The notes beneath the pieces are model-generated. The model was not told the origin of the DNA. It ran no database searches and was given only the letters and a program-made list of their open reading frames with translations. Positions 13,490 to 27,139 of a DNA stretch of 64,000 nucleotides are shown piece after piece. This DNA is from Lama guanicoe (taxonomy: Eukaryota): assembly GCA_013239625.1 (NCBI GenBank), contig MU054323.1:5197220-5261219 (forward strand), given 5' to 3'. The position numbers and the translations under genes were made by a program. Numbering within the stretch: the first letter of the stretch is position 1; each line of letters starts with the position of its first letter.

Positions 13490-13930
13490 TTCCAGTTATT
13501 TGTTGTTTTGCTTATAGATTACTTAGGAAATCTTAGCAACAACAATTTTATTCATTTGCTACAACTCTACAGTTTGGGCAGAGCTCAGCAAGGGCGGCCC
13601 AGCTCCATTTCATGGGGCATCAGCTGGAGTGTCTTGACTAAGGATCAAGACTCCGCGTCTTAGGCAACCTCACACTCACGTGAAGGCTGCTCACGGCCTG
13701 GTGGTCTCAGGGTAGTTGAATGTCTTATGTGGAGGCTGGATTCCCTCAGAGCACAAAGGGGAAAGTATCCGAGTCTGAAGGTTTAGGTGTGAAACAGGCA
13801 TCCCATAATTTTTGCCACAATTTAATCATCAAAGCAGATCATGTCCCAGATTCAAGATAAAGGAGCCACATGAGGGATGGATCTTGGAAGACATGGTTCA
13901 CTGGAATCATCAAAGTAACAATCTACCCCC
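13490..13930 (-). mobile_element. MaLR solo LTR, old MLT1 subfamily (G-J-like)
   Basis: tttgggcagagctcagcaagggcgg..catcagctgg..tggtctcagggtagttg..cccagattcaag. Confidence 0.7.
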
Positions 13931-14489
13931 CAATAAGAGATGACTGACATTTGACAGAAACATTTTTCAGATTTTGAACTATGTTAAAACAGTAGTCTCC
14001 AACAGAGGCTCACTATGGCTCTAAAGAGTGAACGCCTTGCAACAGAATTCGTGTCGCCCCAGACTAACACCTCACCAAAGAACAGAGCGGCAGTATCTAT
14101 GCGATGGGAGAGACGGAGGCGTTTTCCTCCAAGTTTTTGAAACAAAGTCTTGAAGAAGGGAAATTTACCAGCCAGAAACTTATGGACCCACTTGTGTTTC
14201 CCTGTCTCAGTACTTAGCTTACACACTCTCTCATTTTCTTACTCAGCAAACATGTCCTGTCCCTCTGCTGCTGGTTCACAAGGTACAATGAGATGTGGTA
14301 AAAGGAATCATAACTAAATAAAAACTAAAAAAAAAATCATAACTAAAACTGAGTCTGCAAATACTGGTCTCATGTGGATTTGGACGACCCGAGGAAAGTG
14401 GTTTAAAGAAGAATTCTCAGCTTTGCTTTCTCCTCTAACCAATAAAGCCCTCCAAGATCTGTATGAGGAATTACGGGAGAGGAGAGCGG

Positions 14490-14667
14490 CTGGATTAGAC
14501 AGAAATACAAGCGACTTTAATTGAGTTTCTGCCACAGATGTTTTCTGTCCCTCTGGGATGAGTCGTCACCACCACCACCTCTCAGCCTCAGTTTCCTCAT
14601 CTCTGATAATCTAGACATCAGGACTGAGTGAGGTGAAATAAAATAAAATAGGACAGAATAAGAAGTG
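14490..14667 (+). mobile_element. MIR/MIR3 relic interrupted by L1; tail resumes about 15192-15230
   Basis: Core ctctcagcctcagtttcctcatct; MIR3-like tail actgtaaagtattataca after the L1. Confidence 0.6.
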
Positions 14668-15180
14668 TGACAGTACCAGTGGTGATCATCCTGTAACACA
14701 TAGAAATATCACATCACTGTGCTGTGTAACAGGAACTAACACAGTCTGGTAGGTCCATTATACCTCAAAAACAAACAAGCAAACGGATAGAAAAAGAGAT
14801 CAGATTTGTGGTTATCAGAGGCAGGGGGTGGGGAGAGGAGGACTCGGAGGAAGGTTGTCAAAAGGTACAAACTTCCAGTTATAAGACAAATAAGTACTAG
14901 GGATGGAATGTACAACATGATAAAGATAATGAACACTTCTGTATGTTATAATTGAAGAGTAAATTAAGAGAGTAAATCCTGAGAGTTCTCATCACAAGGA
15001 AAAATATGTATTTTTTCCATTTCTTTAATTTTGTATCTACACGAGATGATGGATGTTTACTAAACTTACGGTGGTAATTATTTCATGATGTATGGAAGTC
15101 AACTTATTATGCAGTATACCTTAAATTGATGTAGTGCTGTGTGTCGATTACACCTCAATAAAACTGGAAGAAAATAAAGA
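14668..15180 (+). mobile_element. L1 3' UTR (laurasiatherian L1MA9-related)
   Basis: caaaaggtacaaacttccagttataag..gagttctcatcacaagg..cctcaataaaactggaag; candidate TSD aataagaagtg (14657-14667) and aatatgaagtg (15181-15191). Confidence 0.85.
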
Positions 15181-15939
15181 AATATGAAGTGCATCATATA
15201 CTGTAAAGTATTATACAAAAGCACTGTTTCATAATGATGGTATATAATGATCTATTTTAAACTACTCCATCAGTTCTGCTTTTTTTTTTTTTTTCTGGCA
15301 AACGCTTTGCCTGATGACCTCACACACTGGGACTGCAGATTCCTACGGCTGTAACTCTTATTGCAGGTGTTTCTGAGCGCTCCATATAAAGAAAATCGGG
15401 ATTTTTTACAGATGCTAAAGAAGTATCCAGAATAAATGCTAATTGTGGGTGAGGAAAAACTAGCTGAGAGATGCCGAATGTGGAGTACAGTGTCTCCAGG
15501 CCACTTGACATTTTCATTAAGAAAATTCGTGGCAACAGTAATTACCTGATGCTCACCTGGTCATGCCTACAGGTGAGACTGTGCCCCTTTCCATAAGTAA
15601 TGTAGATTTCTCTCCGAAAATATCAAATTACGAAACACTGACTACGCCTTGTGTGTCACACTTCCTTAGGCACTCTGGGGGACGTAAAAGAGATGTTCAG
15701 AGTTCTTGAGGAGTCCATGATCTATCACCACTTCAAAACAGCCTCTAATGCTACTGTGGGCTGGGCAGGACGGCTGCGGGAGGGGACAGGAGACACCGCA
15801 GCTTAGGGAAGGTGGTGACAAACCTGAGCTTGGGCAGGAAGGTAAGGTTCCTTGAAGATGGGGACTCAACTTCCACTTAATATTAATTTCTGTACCCAGG
15901 CATTAAGAAATATCTGACAGTAGCTTACGGACTTCAATA

Positions 15940-16170
15940 GGTTCTTAACGGTCAAGATGCTGAGAGGGAGAGGTGCGAAGAAGGTATTTAAGATGGAGGG
16001 AGAAGTTTGTGATGACGATAACAAACACATGGTCCCTGCTAAGGATTTAGGGAGATGAGGCTGACGAGGTAGGGGAATCCCAGCTACGGAGGGCTTCAGA
16101 GTCCGGGCCCAGGAGTTTGGGCTTTCAACTGATGGGCAGTAAGGAGCAATTATTTTGTGCTTTTAAGTAC
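15940..16170 (-). mobile_element. L2 relic
   Basis: gatgaggctgacgaggtagg..gagggcttcagagtcc..aggagtttgggcttt. Confidence 0.45.
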
Positions 16171-18029
16171 AATATCCCACTTTGTTAAAAAAAAATTATG
16201 GCATGAACATTTTTCTGTAGTTCCATTTCCAATATTAGGAGTTCAAAGTCCTGCAGAAGTCTGATGTGAAGGAAGAGAGAAAAACCTTCAACACGGAGTC
16301 GTTTTTCAATAATGGAATTATTTGTCTTTGATTAATCATGAGCATGTTTCATTTCTGATTGCGTCTGCTTTTATCTGTTTCGATTTCATAACATTTCTTA
16401 GACACAGAAAACCCACTCCTTTGAAACCCTAATAAGCGATTTCTTTTTGTGCTGTCTTTTTTCACTTTTGTACCCAAAAAAAGCATTATGTTGGTGAGGA
16501 TGTTAGAGCAGGCCAAACAGCAAGTGAGGTAGGGCCAGGGGAAGCGTGCTGGCCTCGGGTGACAGTTATTATTGTCTTGAAACAAATGTCTTGCGACACC
16601 TCCTTAAGGAATTTCAGCCAAAGGGTAAAAACTCACTGAGTCACGTGATCACCAAGTTAAAGAAAATATGAAAAGAGAATGACGTCTCATGCAAGGCTCT
16701 GTGTGAATGTGAATTATGAAAACAGGTTGTGACTTCTGATTTTTGTGCGTACATTCTAATAACCTCGTCAGCGCTCCTAAACTAGGAAGAGTGCCTCGTG
16801 CAGTCCTCTGGACAGGGCTTATGGGAAGCCGAGAAGTAGCTGAACTGGTAGGTAACCCGGTCCAGGCAAAGCCTGGTCAAATATTCAGGTAAACACAGAA
16901 GTCAGGTGAGCAAGCGAGCCCTACGAGGCCCCCCGAGGCACAGCTAAGCCAGCCTCGCCTGCTCCTCTGTATTCTACAGGCATGCTAATTTTAATACCAG
17001 CCTGGATCTGTACTTAGCAAGTCTCCAAGCCTTGCACACAGATTTAGAATTGTACCTGACATATCCTAAAATGATACTTTGGTTTTTCACTCTCAAACCA
17101 TGCAGTTTTGCTTTCTAAAACTTCAGCTGAGAATGAATGTATTTAACATTTGGCTTTGGCAGGGAGAGAACGTTTCAGTACAGAAATGTGTGCCGCCATG
17201 AACACAGCTGTTAATTTAAATTCCGTGTCTGCCATTCAGGAGAAGGGCTATGCAGCTCATAGTAGGGACTCAGGTCCCCTTTTCCGTTGACTTTCAGGAC
17301 CTAAGTGGTCAGAATTTATCATTTTATGTGTAATTTGGACAAATCATAAATGAATTAAATGGTGCCAAGAACAACCAGAGACAGAAGAGAAATGACTAAT
17401 GTTTCCAAGATAAAATAGGGAATGAGGAAACGAGAGGCTCTAGGGCATAATCCACAGAAAAGAGCTTGCATCTCATCCTACTGTGTCCCTTAAAAGTGCA
17501 ACGCCTAGGTACAGGATAGCCACCTTCCCTGCCCTCCCACGCAGAGGGACCACAGATGGATGGTCCCAGGAATTGATCCTGAGAACAGGCAGCAAAAGGA
17601 AAAAGTGCTGATTTGAGTGCTGCCTCCAAAAACAGCTTTGCTGTGTGATGACAGAAAAATTGCTTCCCTCCTCCAGGCCACTAAACTTCCAAAGAAAGGT
17701 TTTGAAATAAGTGGCTCAGGTAATGCCCCGATTATGTGTAATGACACGTGAGGTCATTTCTTCTCCCCAGTTCTCTACCACGATCCTAAAACTTCCCAGA
17801 AAGGAAAGTTTGCTTCCATGTGAACATCTTTAAAAGCTGGAAGAGCAGAATTAACAAACGCGAGTTACACAAATATCCAAGTTAAACTCCTGGGAAGATG
17901 GAGGTCCAGCTGGGAAGCCGGATGCACTGCCCATTTGGCAGATGGAGGCCCTGAAGTGGTCAAATGCTCAGCTGTAAAGAAAATGAGGAATCCGTGTGCT
18001 AAGTAAGGACCATGGATATTAACTCAGCC

Positions 18030-18815
18030 ATTGACTTGCTGAATGCTGTGTCAGAGACCATTCTAGAAGAGTGGATCTGATAGCAAACAAATCAGAAAAA
18101 GATCCTGTACTCATGATGTCCAATTCTAGTGAAGAGAGACAGGCAATAAACAAAAACTGAGCCACGTGTGGGGCGGGGGTAAGTTATAGGAAGAGAAATG
18201 AAGCAGGCTGAAGGGAGGGACGGTGTACACCTGAGCTGGTTGGCACAGGCCTTTCTGAGGAGGTAACGTTTTAGCACAGAACTGTAGGAAATGAGTTAAG
18301 CAGCCATGTGGATGACTCAGATGGAAGTCACTCCAGCCTGGAGAATCAGAAAGTGCAAATTAATCCCCAGATTTGAACGTTCTTGGTGAGTTTGAGAAAC
18401 GTAAGGGAGGCAATGTGGCTCAGGGAGGAGGTAGGTCACCAAGGGGAGGAAGGCCTACAGAGCAGTTGTCCAGCTCACACAGGACAACCTGGGCAGCTCT
18501 GCTGCTAGTAAGGGCCACGGCTTACTCTCAGGTCAGGTAGGAAACCATTACAAGGCTTTAGTAGGCTAGTGATGTGTTCTGACTTAAGTTTTAGAAAGAT
18601 TTCTCTGGCTGTTTTACAGCGAATGGATTTCAAGGAAGCGAGCATCTAAGAGGACTGTGGGTTTAAGAGGCTACTGCAGTATGCCAAGGCAGAGAGGATA
18701 CTGGCTTGGACTCACAAGGTGGTGCCAGAGATGGTTAAAGGTCAGCTTGTGCATATATTCTGCAAACACACCTAACAGGGTTTGCTGATGGGTTGATAGG
18801 ACACTCCAAAGAGTA
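18030..18815 (-). mobile_element. L2 (L2a-like) relic
   Basis: cctgtactcatgatgtccaattctagtgaagagagacagg..gatgtgttctgacttaagttttagaaagatttctctggctg..caacagggtttgctgatggg-like motifs. Confidence 0.75.
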
Positions 18816-20782
18816 AAGTCCTTTCCATGTGTGGTTCCAGATGGATGCTCAGCAAAGGGAGGCAGCAAGTACCAGTAAAACTCCAGAAAGTGTGATCCTT
18901 CCAGCACTTGGGATCGTGGAATAAACAAGGTGTTGGGTTGAGTGTAAAGTGACAAAGGCACATCAGAAGATTCTAACTTAGCATCCTTCAGTACAGATGG
19001 ACCTCAAAGGTTGGTAAGTCACAAGGCAGTTCCTTATAACAACCAGGGGAGATGGTACATCAGTAGTTCTCTGCCTCCTTTTAGTTACCGAGTCAGAAAG
19101 CAAGCCCCACTGTATGTATGTAGGGTAAAACAGGTCCTGTGGCCAGATGATGGCAAATGTAGAGTAAGGAAAATGCAGTTTTCTCCAGGCTGAGTCTGGG
19201 AAACAAGAAAATCTGATTGGGAACTCAACCCCCTGGAGGTAATAAACCGGCAGTCTCACGGAGTTCATGAGCTTGACTTTCTGCTTGGTTGCTTGGACCG
19301 TCAGTCATATTCAGATAATTGGTAGTAGCACCATGTCACCATAATTTTCTTTTCAGAAGGTGCCAGAATCTAAAATGTTTGTTGTAACCATATCACAATG
19401 GATCCTTAGTGTGCTTTGACAATTCCAGCCACTGATTTGAGTCTGTGAGTTGTACATCTTCTATAATAAAACCCGGGGCTGCCCATGGTGACTGTTAGTA
19501 TAAATGACCCCAAAACACTGCATCATGCAGAGACACACACATGCATACACATACCTTCCTCATCATTATGCAAGTTGGATTAATTCTTGTGTTTTAATAT
19601 ACAGTATATGATATTGTAAAAACACTTTGAGTCTACCAGTTAACTTTGTGAATAAATTCGGTTGTACGTGCTTCCCTTCTTGGATAATATTTAATCCCAT
19701 GCTAAGGGTTTCCTCCCTTCAAAATCTCTAATTATTCATGTTATTTTCTTAGATTAATACGAATTAACTGGCAGCACACTGTTTATTGATCCATGTGTAA
19801 GACTTTTCAAAAAGAACTTGACATTTAGGAGATGAGACCAATAATGGAAGGCCAGAAAGAGATACTGGGATTCGGGAATAAGCAATGGCTCCCATTCTTC
19901 CCTTATTGCCCCTTATGCGTGTTGTTTTCTGGCTTATCCCTCAGTCCCTTGAATTTCCTGTCTTATTCAATCTGAACAGGTAAAAAAGTAGAGATAAATC
20001 TCCAGCCAGACTGATAGGGGTTTCAAGGAGGCTGGATTTTTGTAGCCTCCTGCTGGTCCACAGGGTCTGCTTTAACGAACACGGGAGAGCCGCCATTGCT
20101 CAGGAAGTTCTCCAGCCGTCTAATTCAGAGCCTGAAATTTTAACGTTATGAATTCTTCCCCTTGTGTATGGACTGTATCTATGGACTTTTTTTTTAAATT
20201 CCTAGTGCCCCTGGAAAGGTGAGTGCACAAAATCAGTATGGACAGGTCTACTAGAGTCTTTCCTCAGTGACTAAAAGCACGAGCAATGGGAGGAGGAAAG
20301 AGGAGAGACAGCTGCCGCTAAACGGTTTAAAATGAACCCGAGAGGGACATACAGCGGGAAGGGGGAAGATGTCAAAAAGAAACTGCCCCATCTTCCCTAC
20401 AGCTTGGCCGTTCACAATGACTGAGGACACAGGGTTGAAATGGGAGGACAGTGGAGACCTGGACACTGGATTTGGTAAGATGCAGGCGGTGGTGACCTTG
20501 TTAAGTACAGGGAAGAGTGAAGCCCAAGTGGAGTGGTCTGAACTGAGCACGGGACTCTGCGCTCTCAGTGCAGTGATGTCCTGTGCCTGGGGAGCAGCGA
20601 GCAGCAGGAGCCCCTGGGTCAGTCTTCACTCACTGCTGCCAGGACGCCTGGACTGTCTGCGCCACATAAATACCAGGATTCGGAAGGACCCAAATTCTCT
20701 GATGAAATACTGTGCAGTAGCCATGAAAGACTCGGGAAGATATAGGACGGTAATTTGAAAAGAAAAGAAGCCCAGGTGAAGG

Positions 20783-20801
20783 GTGTGTGTGTGTGTGTGT
20801 G
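20783..20801. repeat. (GT)n microsatellite
   Basis: Read directly from the sequence. Confidence 0.9.
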
Positions 20802-20823
20802 ATTGTTTCCTATTTCCAGAAAA

Positions 20824-21062
20824 AATAACAGCTAATATTTCTTGAACGCTTTTTGCATTCCAGGTACAAGCCTATGTTCTCTACATAGATTGGCTCCTTT
20901 AAGACTTAGAGCAACCATATGAGGAAGGCATTATTATCCTCTTTTTTACAGAATGAAGCACAGAGGGATTGTCAACTTGTTTAAGGCCATATAGGAAGTC
21001 AGTGGAAAGACCACTTTATCCCAGGTGGTCAGGCTCGAAGTCCCTGCAATTAACTGCTACAA
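20824..21062 (-). mobile_element. Near full-length MIR
   Basis: aataacagctaatatttcttgaacgc..attattatcctcttttttacagaatgaagcacagag.. Confidence 0.75.
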
Positions 21063-21109
21063 TTCACTGGCTCCCGAAGACATTCTTCAGCCTCACAGCG
21101 GTTCCTACG

Positions 21110-21275
21110 TTTCCTACTTTGGCACTGTGACAACGGACTGTTACTTACGTGCTGGTGTGTCTAGGCCTCTGTTTCTCTAGATTGTGTCATTCTTAAGGGC
21201 AGGAACTCATCCTCTTTTGTCGTCTCAAGAACTTAAACAGTGTCTGGTCTATAACAACAACACTGAATATTTATC
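21110..21275 (+). mobile_element. L2 3' end
   Basis: ctagattgtgtcattcttaagggcaggaactc..aacagtgtctggtctata. Confidence 0.5.
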
Positions 21276-21861
21276 CAGGATACCAGGCACTGAAGAAGTG
21301 TTTTGTTCAATTTATGGGTTTTTTTTTTTTTTGGAAGACAAGAAAGAGATGTAGGGAGGGAGTTCGGGAGCAAGGGGAGAAATGCCAAGGGAAGGGAAGA
21401 GAAGAGAAGAGAGGAGGTTGGTGCTAACCAGAGAGGCCGTCTGCCACAAAGGAAAACAGAGGGAAAAGAGACAGCAGAGGAGCAGATAGTTTATGAGAAC
21501 ATGAACTAGGTTTTATTTTTGCTCTGCTCAGTGTTTCTAAAATTCGGTCTAAGATTTAATGTAAATCTATTTGAAAGGAGTTGCTAAATTTTAACTGGAA
21601 ATACTTCTTTGTGCTAAATAATCCTTATAGCATTCTAAATTATAGCCAAGTAGTGATATCATTACAGGGCTGTTTAGCCATAGCAGTTTATGTGGAAAGT
21701 CAGGAGAAGGTGATGATGCGTATCAAAATATATAATAAAGAACTTTTAAAAATCATGGGTATCTTTATTTACTCAAAATACTTTTTATGTAGCCATTTAT
21801 TGCACTCGAGATTAAAGGGGAGAATGAAACTAACCAGTGGGAACTGCAAAATGTCCATGAA

Positions 21862-21867
21862 ATGATG

Positions 21868-21906
<39 letters not shown>

Positions 21907-21947
21907 TTTTTAATAATAATAATTATTATTATTATTATTATTTTTTT
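21862..21947. repeat. Compound (AAT)n/(ATT)n inverted microsatellite
   Basis: AAT run, short T spacer, then perfect 24-bp palindrome taataataataa|ttattattatta (21911-21934). Confidence 0.95.
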
Positions 21948-23369
21948 CTCCTGTGGTACTTTCCAGGAGAGAAGGTCAGAGCACTTTACAACCATTCACA
22001 CGTTCCACCTCACAGCAGCCGGTGGGTATGTGGGTGGCAAGCAGTTTGAGCTCACTTTGTGGGAAATGACAGTGGAAAGGAAAGCGTTGAGTGGAAACGC
22101 TCAGGGCTGCAAGTCAGCGTTGCACTTGGGTGCACTGGTTCTTCTTGGGCAGCTCAGCCGGGACGCCCACTGTGCCCTGATGGGGCCTGAGAACACCACC
22201 TACGCCCCCCGCTGCAGCCGCCCCCTCCCCAGCCCCTCAGCAACCATCCTTCTCATACAACATCCAGAGGAAGCGTGTGTGCACTGAAGAGCCACAAAGA
22301 GGAGGGCGTCTGTCTGACTCGGGGCCCCACCCACAGCGTATCCCTTGAGAGGTGCTTACACAGCCTTTGCTTGAATACTTGACTTCTAAGAAGCTCACCC
22401 TCCCATGGTGGTTTCTTCCAAAGTTGGCCTGCTTTAAGAAGGATGAGGGCAGAGAATCTATTAAGGGCTCGCTGACTGAGGGAAAATTGGGTAGAACTCA
22501 GGAATCAAGGTAACTTTCATAATTCATGAGTTCTCCTCAACTCTCCAATGCTAAATACACTTATCCAGAGAGCAGTCATTCATGTTATTGCCGCCAAACC
22601 ATTCACTTCCTTAGGGGCTGCGTGGAGAGAAAAAGACAGTGAGACTGGGAATAAGACCATGCTTGTGACACTGGCTCCAGGAAGAGCCAGTCCAGGTGAC
22701 TCAGTGTTTTCTATTGTCCACTTGGATGCCCCCACTCTGATAAGGAGACCCCCCCCCAACCCCGCATCAGCCATGACCTTCAGAAACCCTCTAGCACACT
22801 ACTGGTTCTTCAGATAGGCGATGCCCATCAGATCTTCATGACAAAGGCAGACAATTAACCTTTTTTGAGTGACAGAGATATGCCAAGCCCTGAGGTCGTA
22901 CTGAGGCATCTTCAGGTTCAAATTCATAGATTGATTGAAACGGAATTATGCTAGAGTCGTCTCCCATGCTTTAAGAGATGCTGGAGTTCAGCCTGAAACC
23001 TAGGATTCATCCAGACCTCAAGGTTCACTCCTTTGTACAACTGCTGGAGAGCAAATGACTGTTCGCCATCCACTTAATACCCAGGAGGAACAATGTACTG
23101 AGACAGAAATGGTCAGGAGTCCAGCAATATGTGGTCCCTTGGAGATGATGGTGCTGGCTGAGACAGGAAACTATCACCACACCAAGAATTGATACCAATC
23201 TAATCTTGTATAGGGAAAGTCCCAAAGTAGGTGTAAGCAAGATCCAAGGACAATGTTGACAGTAAGGCCTGCAGAAGCTTTGAAGAGGGAAGGGGTCCTG
23301 AAGGACGTGGGAATTAAGCTGATTCTTGAACCACCGGTAGCAGGTACAGTTGTGGAAAAGAAGACAGAA

Positions 23370-23452
23370 AAGTTTGTATGTTTGTTTTATGATGTATCCT
23401 TAACACCGTGAACAGAATATTTCTTTAATGAGTGAGTGAATGAATGAATGAG
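23370..23452 (+). mobile_element. L2 tail
   Basis: gatgtatccttaacaccgtgaacag..gagtgaatgaatgaatg. Confidence 0.45.
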
Positions 23453-24189
23453 TAAAGGGTAAAGATAGCCCAGGGAAAGAGCCTGTCAAGAATGAAGTGA
23501 AAACTGGAAGATCCTTTCCTCTTTGGAGAGAAGATTAGTATCTCTAAGTCTATAATATATCAAATAGTGTTCCTATCAGCACTGATGATAGGGAAGAAGA
23601 GAACAAAAAGTAAAGAGTTTAAAACATCACACCATGATTTATTTCTACCCCCAAACAGACAGGCATGCAATAACCACTATATAAATGCCAGCTGACTTGA
23701 ATGAATTACCACTCTGGAAAACCTACCTCCTTAAATTTAGCCCTGGGGTGCCACGAAGGTGGGCTGTCTGCTCCTCCGCAAGCCACCCAGAATCAGAATG
23801 GCGTAGGAGCCTCTGAGAAGCTGGAAATGCCAGGCTTGGAGTCTGGACGTCAGCCTTGTGGTCAGTCCCAGCCCCACCTCGTGCACGAAGAGCAGAGGCA
23901 CGCATGCGCCTCGCTGTTGCTGGTGAGAAGCGATCCTCCGCTCGCAGGAGACCGGGGAGTTTAACACCATCCTAAGAGGGATCACTCTGGGGAAGACGGA
24001 TACACAACAAATCTAACAAATCTAATCTCCTTCTGATTATGCGAAAGGTAGGGCCCAACATAGTGAATCTCTCCTATCCCATAGTATCATCTCTCTTCAT
24101 CTCAGCCTGTACCGAGACCCAGGAGGTGATGGTTTTAGAAACAACATCTATTTGTTTGCTTTTTCCCTGTAAATAATTTTTTTCATTCC

Positions 24190-24373
24190 TTTTTTTTAAC
24201 TGAGGTATAGCTTGCATATAGCAAAATGCAAACTCTTAACTGCTGATACATGCAAGAACATGGATAAACTTCAAAGAAATTATGTTGAGCAAAAGAAGTC
24301 AGAGACAAAAGAGCACGTAGAGTATGTGCATTTATATGGAGTTCAAGAAGCGGAAAAAACGATTTATAGTGAT
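24190..24373. mobile_element. Old L1 (L1MD/ME-like) 3' fragments in opposite orientations
   Basis: Antisense tail ttttaactgaggtatagcttgcatatagcaaaatgc joined to sense ctgatacatgcaagaacatggataaacttc. Confidence 0.7.
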
Positions 24374-25384
24374 CTTTGTTTTTAATTGAGGTTCTCTAAA
24401 CTTCCTTCTCCTTGAGGACTCCAGTAACTGGTTATTTGGTTTAATTTGCATTAGAATTGTTTTCTTCCTTAAATGAATAGTTGACATGACCTCCAAAATT
24501 GCTCCATAAAGTAATGTTGTAGAAGATAGACTGTACTCAGAGATGACACTCAGTTTCTTCTACTCCATTTCTTAGGTCAAAAAACACAAAATCAAGGGAT
24601 TCTGTAACCAGAGGAGTCTATTATAATGTCCACCATGTGAAGGCCACACTTCCCAAGTGGGAATGTTAAGATTAAGGAGAAGGTCACAACAGCAAAGCCT
24701 TCACTAAATTCCATATCTTTCAACTCACAATTCACATCATCTCATGAAAATCCAGAGCTCTCTGTATACAAGTATGTGTGCACACACACGTCTCAGCTGA
24801 TGTCAAAGTTTTGTCAGTATCTACTCTCTCACAGCACAGTTTAGCAAGGTTAAGAGTTCAGAAAGGTATAAGAAATATCTATTTTCTTTATCTGGATTTA
24901 CTTAGAATCCCTGCAACATAACCTAAAGGGCTTTTAAAATGTGTGGCTTAAGAACACTGAAGCAGATAGACTCAAAACTGAACTCTCATTTAATTTGGGT
25001 ATTCCTACTTAGAGTGATTTGTGTCTCCTGTAACTCAGGTTTAAAGCCAAATAAAATGGGGAAGATATTTATCCAGAGTGCAAAGCCAATTTGATAGCTA
25101 TAGCAATGGAAAGTTATTGACATCATAGTAAAATTCCAGCTAGCACATTCATTTTTTTAAAGATTTTATTTCAAACTAAGCATAAACCTTCCACTTACTT
25201 GACCAAATAGACCATCCCCTTAAGTAACGTGGCTCCCACCTCCACCATAAAGCTTCGCCTCGACCCCCAGCGGTGTCTCTGCTTGGTGAACCCTGGCCAC
25301 GCGCATCATCTGTGCTGTCTTGCCACAGTCCTCACACTGTTGTGTGTCAGCAGGACTGTCTTAGGCTTTTCAGTAACTATTTAT

Positions 25385-25570
25385 GTTTATGAGTCAGGAA
25401 CCATGCTTCTAAGCCTCAGTTTCCTTATCCATAAAATGGACACAATCTCAGTATCTTAAGAGTAGTCATAAGGATTACATGCTGGGATGGCTGAACATTT
25501 GTCACAGTGCCTAGAATTTTTTCAATTAAGTAAATGGCAGCTATTAGCATTATTAACATCATCATCATTA
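25385..25570 (+). mobile_element. MIR relic
   Basis: taagcctcagtttccttatccataaaatgg..cacagtgcctag..taaatggcagctatt. Confidence 0.65.
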
Positions 25571-26452
25571 ACAACATGAATACGGCTTGTAGTACGTTCC
25601 TAAAAGCCAACAGAATATGAAGAAGATTTGTGCTCATAGAAGGATTATGGGATGCTTAATGCTGCAGAGATGTCTGACCTAAATCAATACCCCACCCATA
25701 GCTATGCCCAAGAAGTAGCTCGTCCAGCCTCTGAACACTCGCAGTGACAAGCAGCTGAGCATTCTCAAGGCAGCCCCTTCCAAAGTTGATCTCTCAAACC
25801 AGAAGCAGACCCTCCTCAAGCTTACAGTTACATCTTTGAGTCTGGGAAACACTTCTTGCATGAATCAATAGTTTTTCCTCATTAAATAAACTCTACAGAG
25901 AGGGGAGCCTCTCAGGCTCCCCAGAGTATGAAACACTTTTGATGCCAAATAAACACTGTGCTGAGTTAGCAAGGCCACTGTTGACTCCTGGTCTTTGTTC
26001 AAGCGGCCCCTTTCTCTCCCATTTCATTGCACAGAATATTTTCCCAGCTCCTGTTTGCCACAAATCCTGCACCCTTGTCTCTGAGCCTGAGTTAACAGTC
26101 TTTGAAAGTCTATGAGAGGGCCAGAAATCTTGGCTTTGCTGGTTCTTGAAGCCACAAAAGGAACAAAATATTATTCTCCTCTGACGTGAGCCTTGTTGTC
26201 ACAGATGAAAGGCTGGCACCCGCTTTCCCAGTGGGCCATGGATGGGAGTTATTTTTATATATAGTTATACACATAGATTATGCCGACTCATTTTGTTTGC
26301 AATAAAACTGAAATACTACTAATAATTATTTTTATCACCAACTCTGATCTTCTCTGGCTCATGGCTTAGTGAATATATATATATATGTTTTTCAAAAATC
26401 AATATTTAATAAAGTTATCAGTATCTGTGTCCTAAATTGAAGCCTCCCCTTC

Positions 26453-26453
26453 C

Positions 26454-26485
<32 letters not shown>

Positions 26486-26489
26486 ACAC
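26453..26489. repeat. (CA)n microsatellite
   Basis: Read directly from the sequence. Confidence 0.95.
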
Positions 26490-27139
26490 TCTCCCACTTT
26501 CTTTTTTGAGAAGCTGAAGATACGGCTGCTTTCTGCTGGCTGCTCACAGCTCTTCATTTTCAAAAGCACTGTTTCCTTACAGTAGCTCACTTGCCCAATG
26601 CTAAGTGCTTTATTGTTCTGAATGGTTTTAGCTGCTTCCATATTCCTGCAGCAAGGTTGGCAAGATGCCTTGCTTGGGCACACCAAGGATCAGGGCAGCT
26701 CGTTCACACCATGCACCATTCCTACCAGCTCTCCTGTCCTCCGTGCCAGTCACAAAGATCAGAAATGCAACCTATTTGAGCATCACTGCTTTGTCTCCCG
26801 CCATTAGTTACTAATTCCCACTTAACACCAGGAATTCTGAAAAAGTAAATCCCGACTCATTGCCTGAGTATCTTCCAGGAAACATTTTCAGGAAGAATTA
26901 TGTAAAGAAACAGGATAAACAACCACAATAGATGGTATTTAATGATCTGCTCCATGAAATCATCCATGAAAAGACTTTTGATGACTTTTTTTTTTAAGCA
27001 AAGCAATGCCTGCGAAGATACCAAAGGCATTTGAAGAATGGTTTTTAACTATTTAATGATTTAACAATTTTTCAGCCTTGCCATAGTTTCCCACGCTTAT
27101 CACACAGCGGGTACTCCAAAGCAAATGGCAATAATGATG

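Noticed and set aside
21765..22287. Poly-Ile ORFs (141 aa and 76 aa)
   Set aside because: Translation of the AAT/ATT microsatellite
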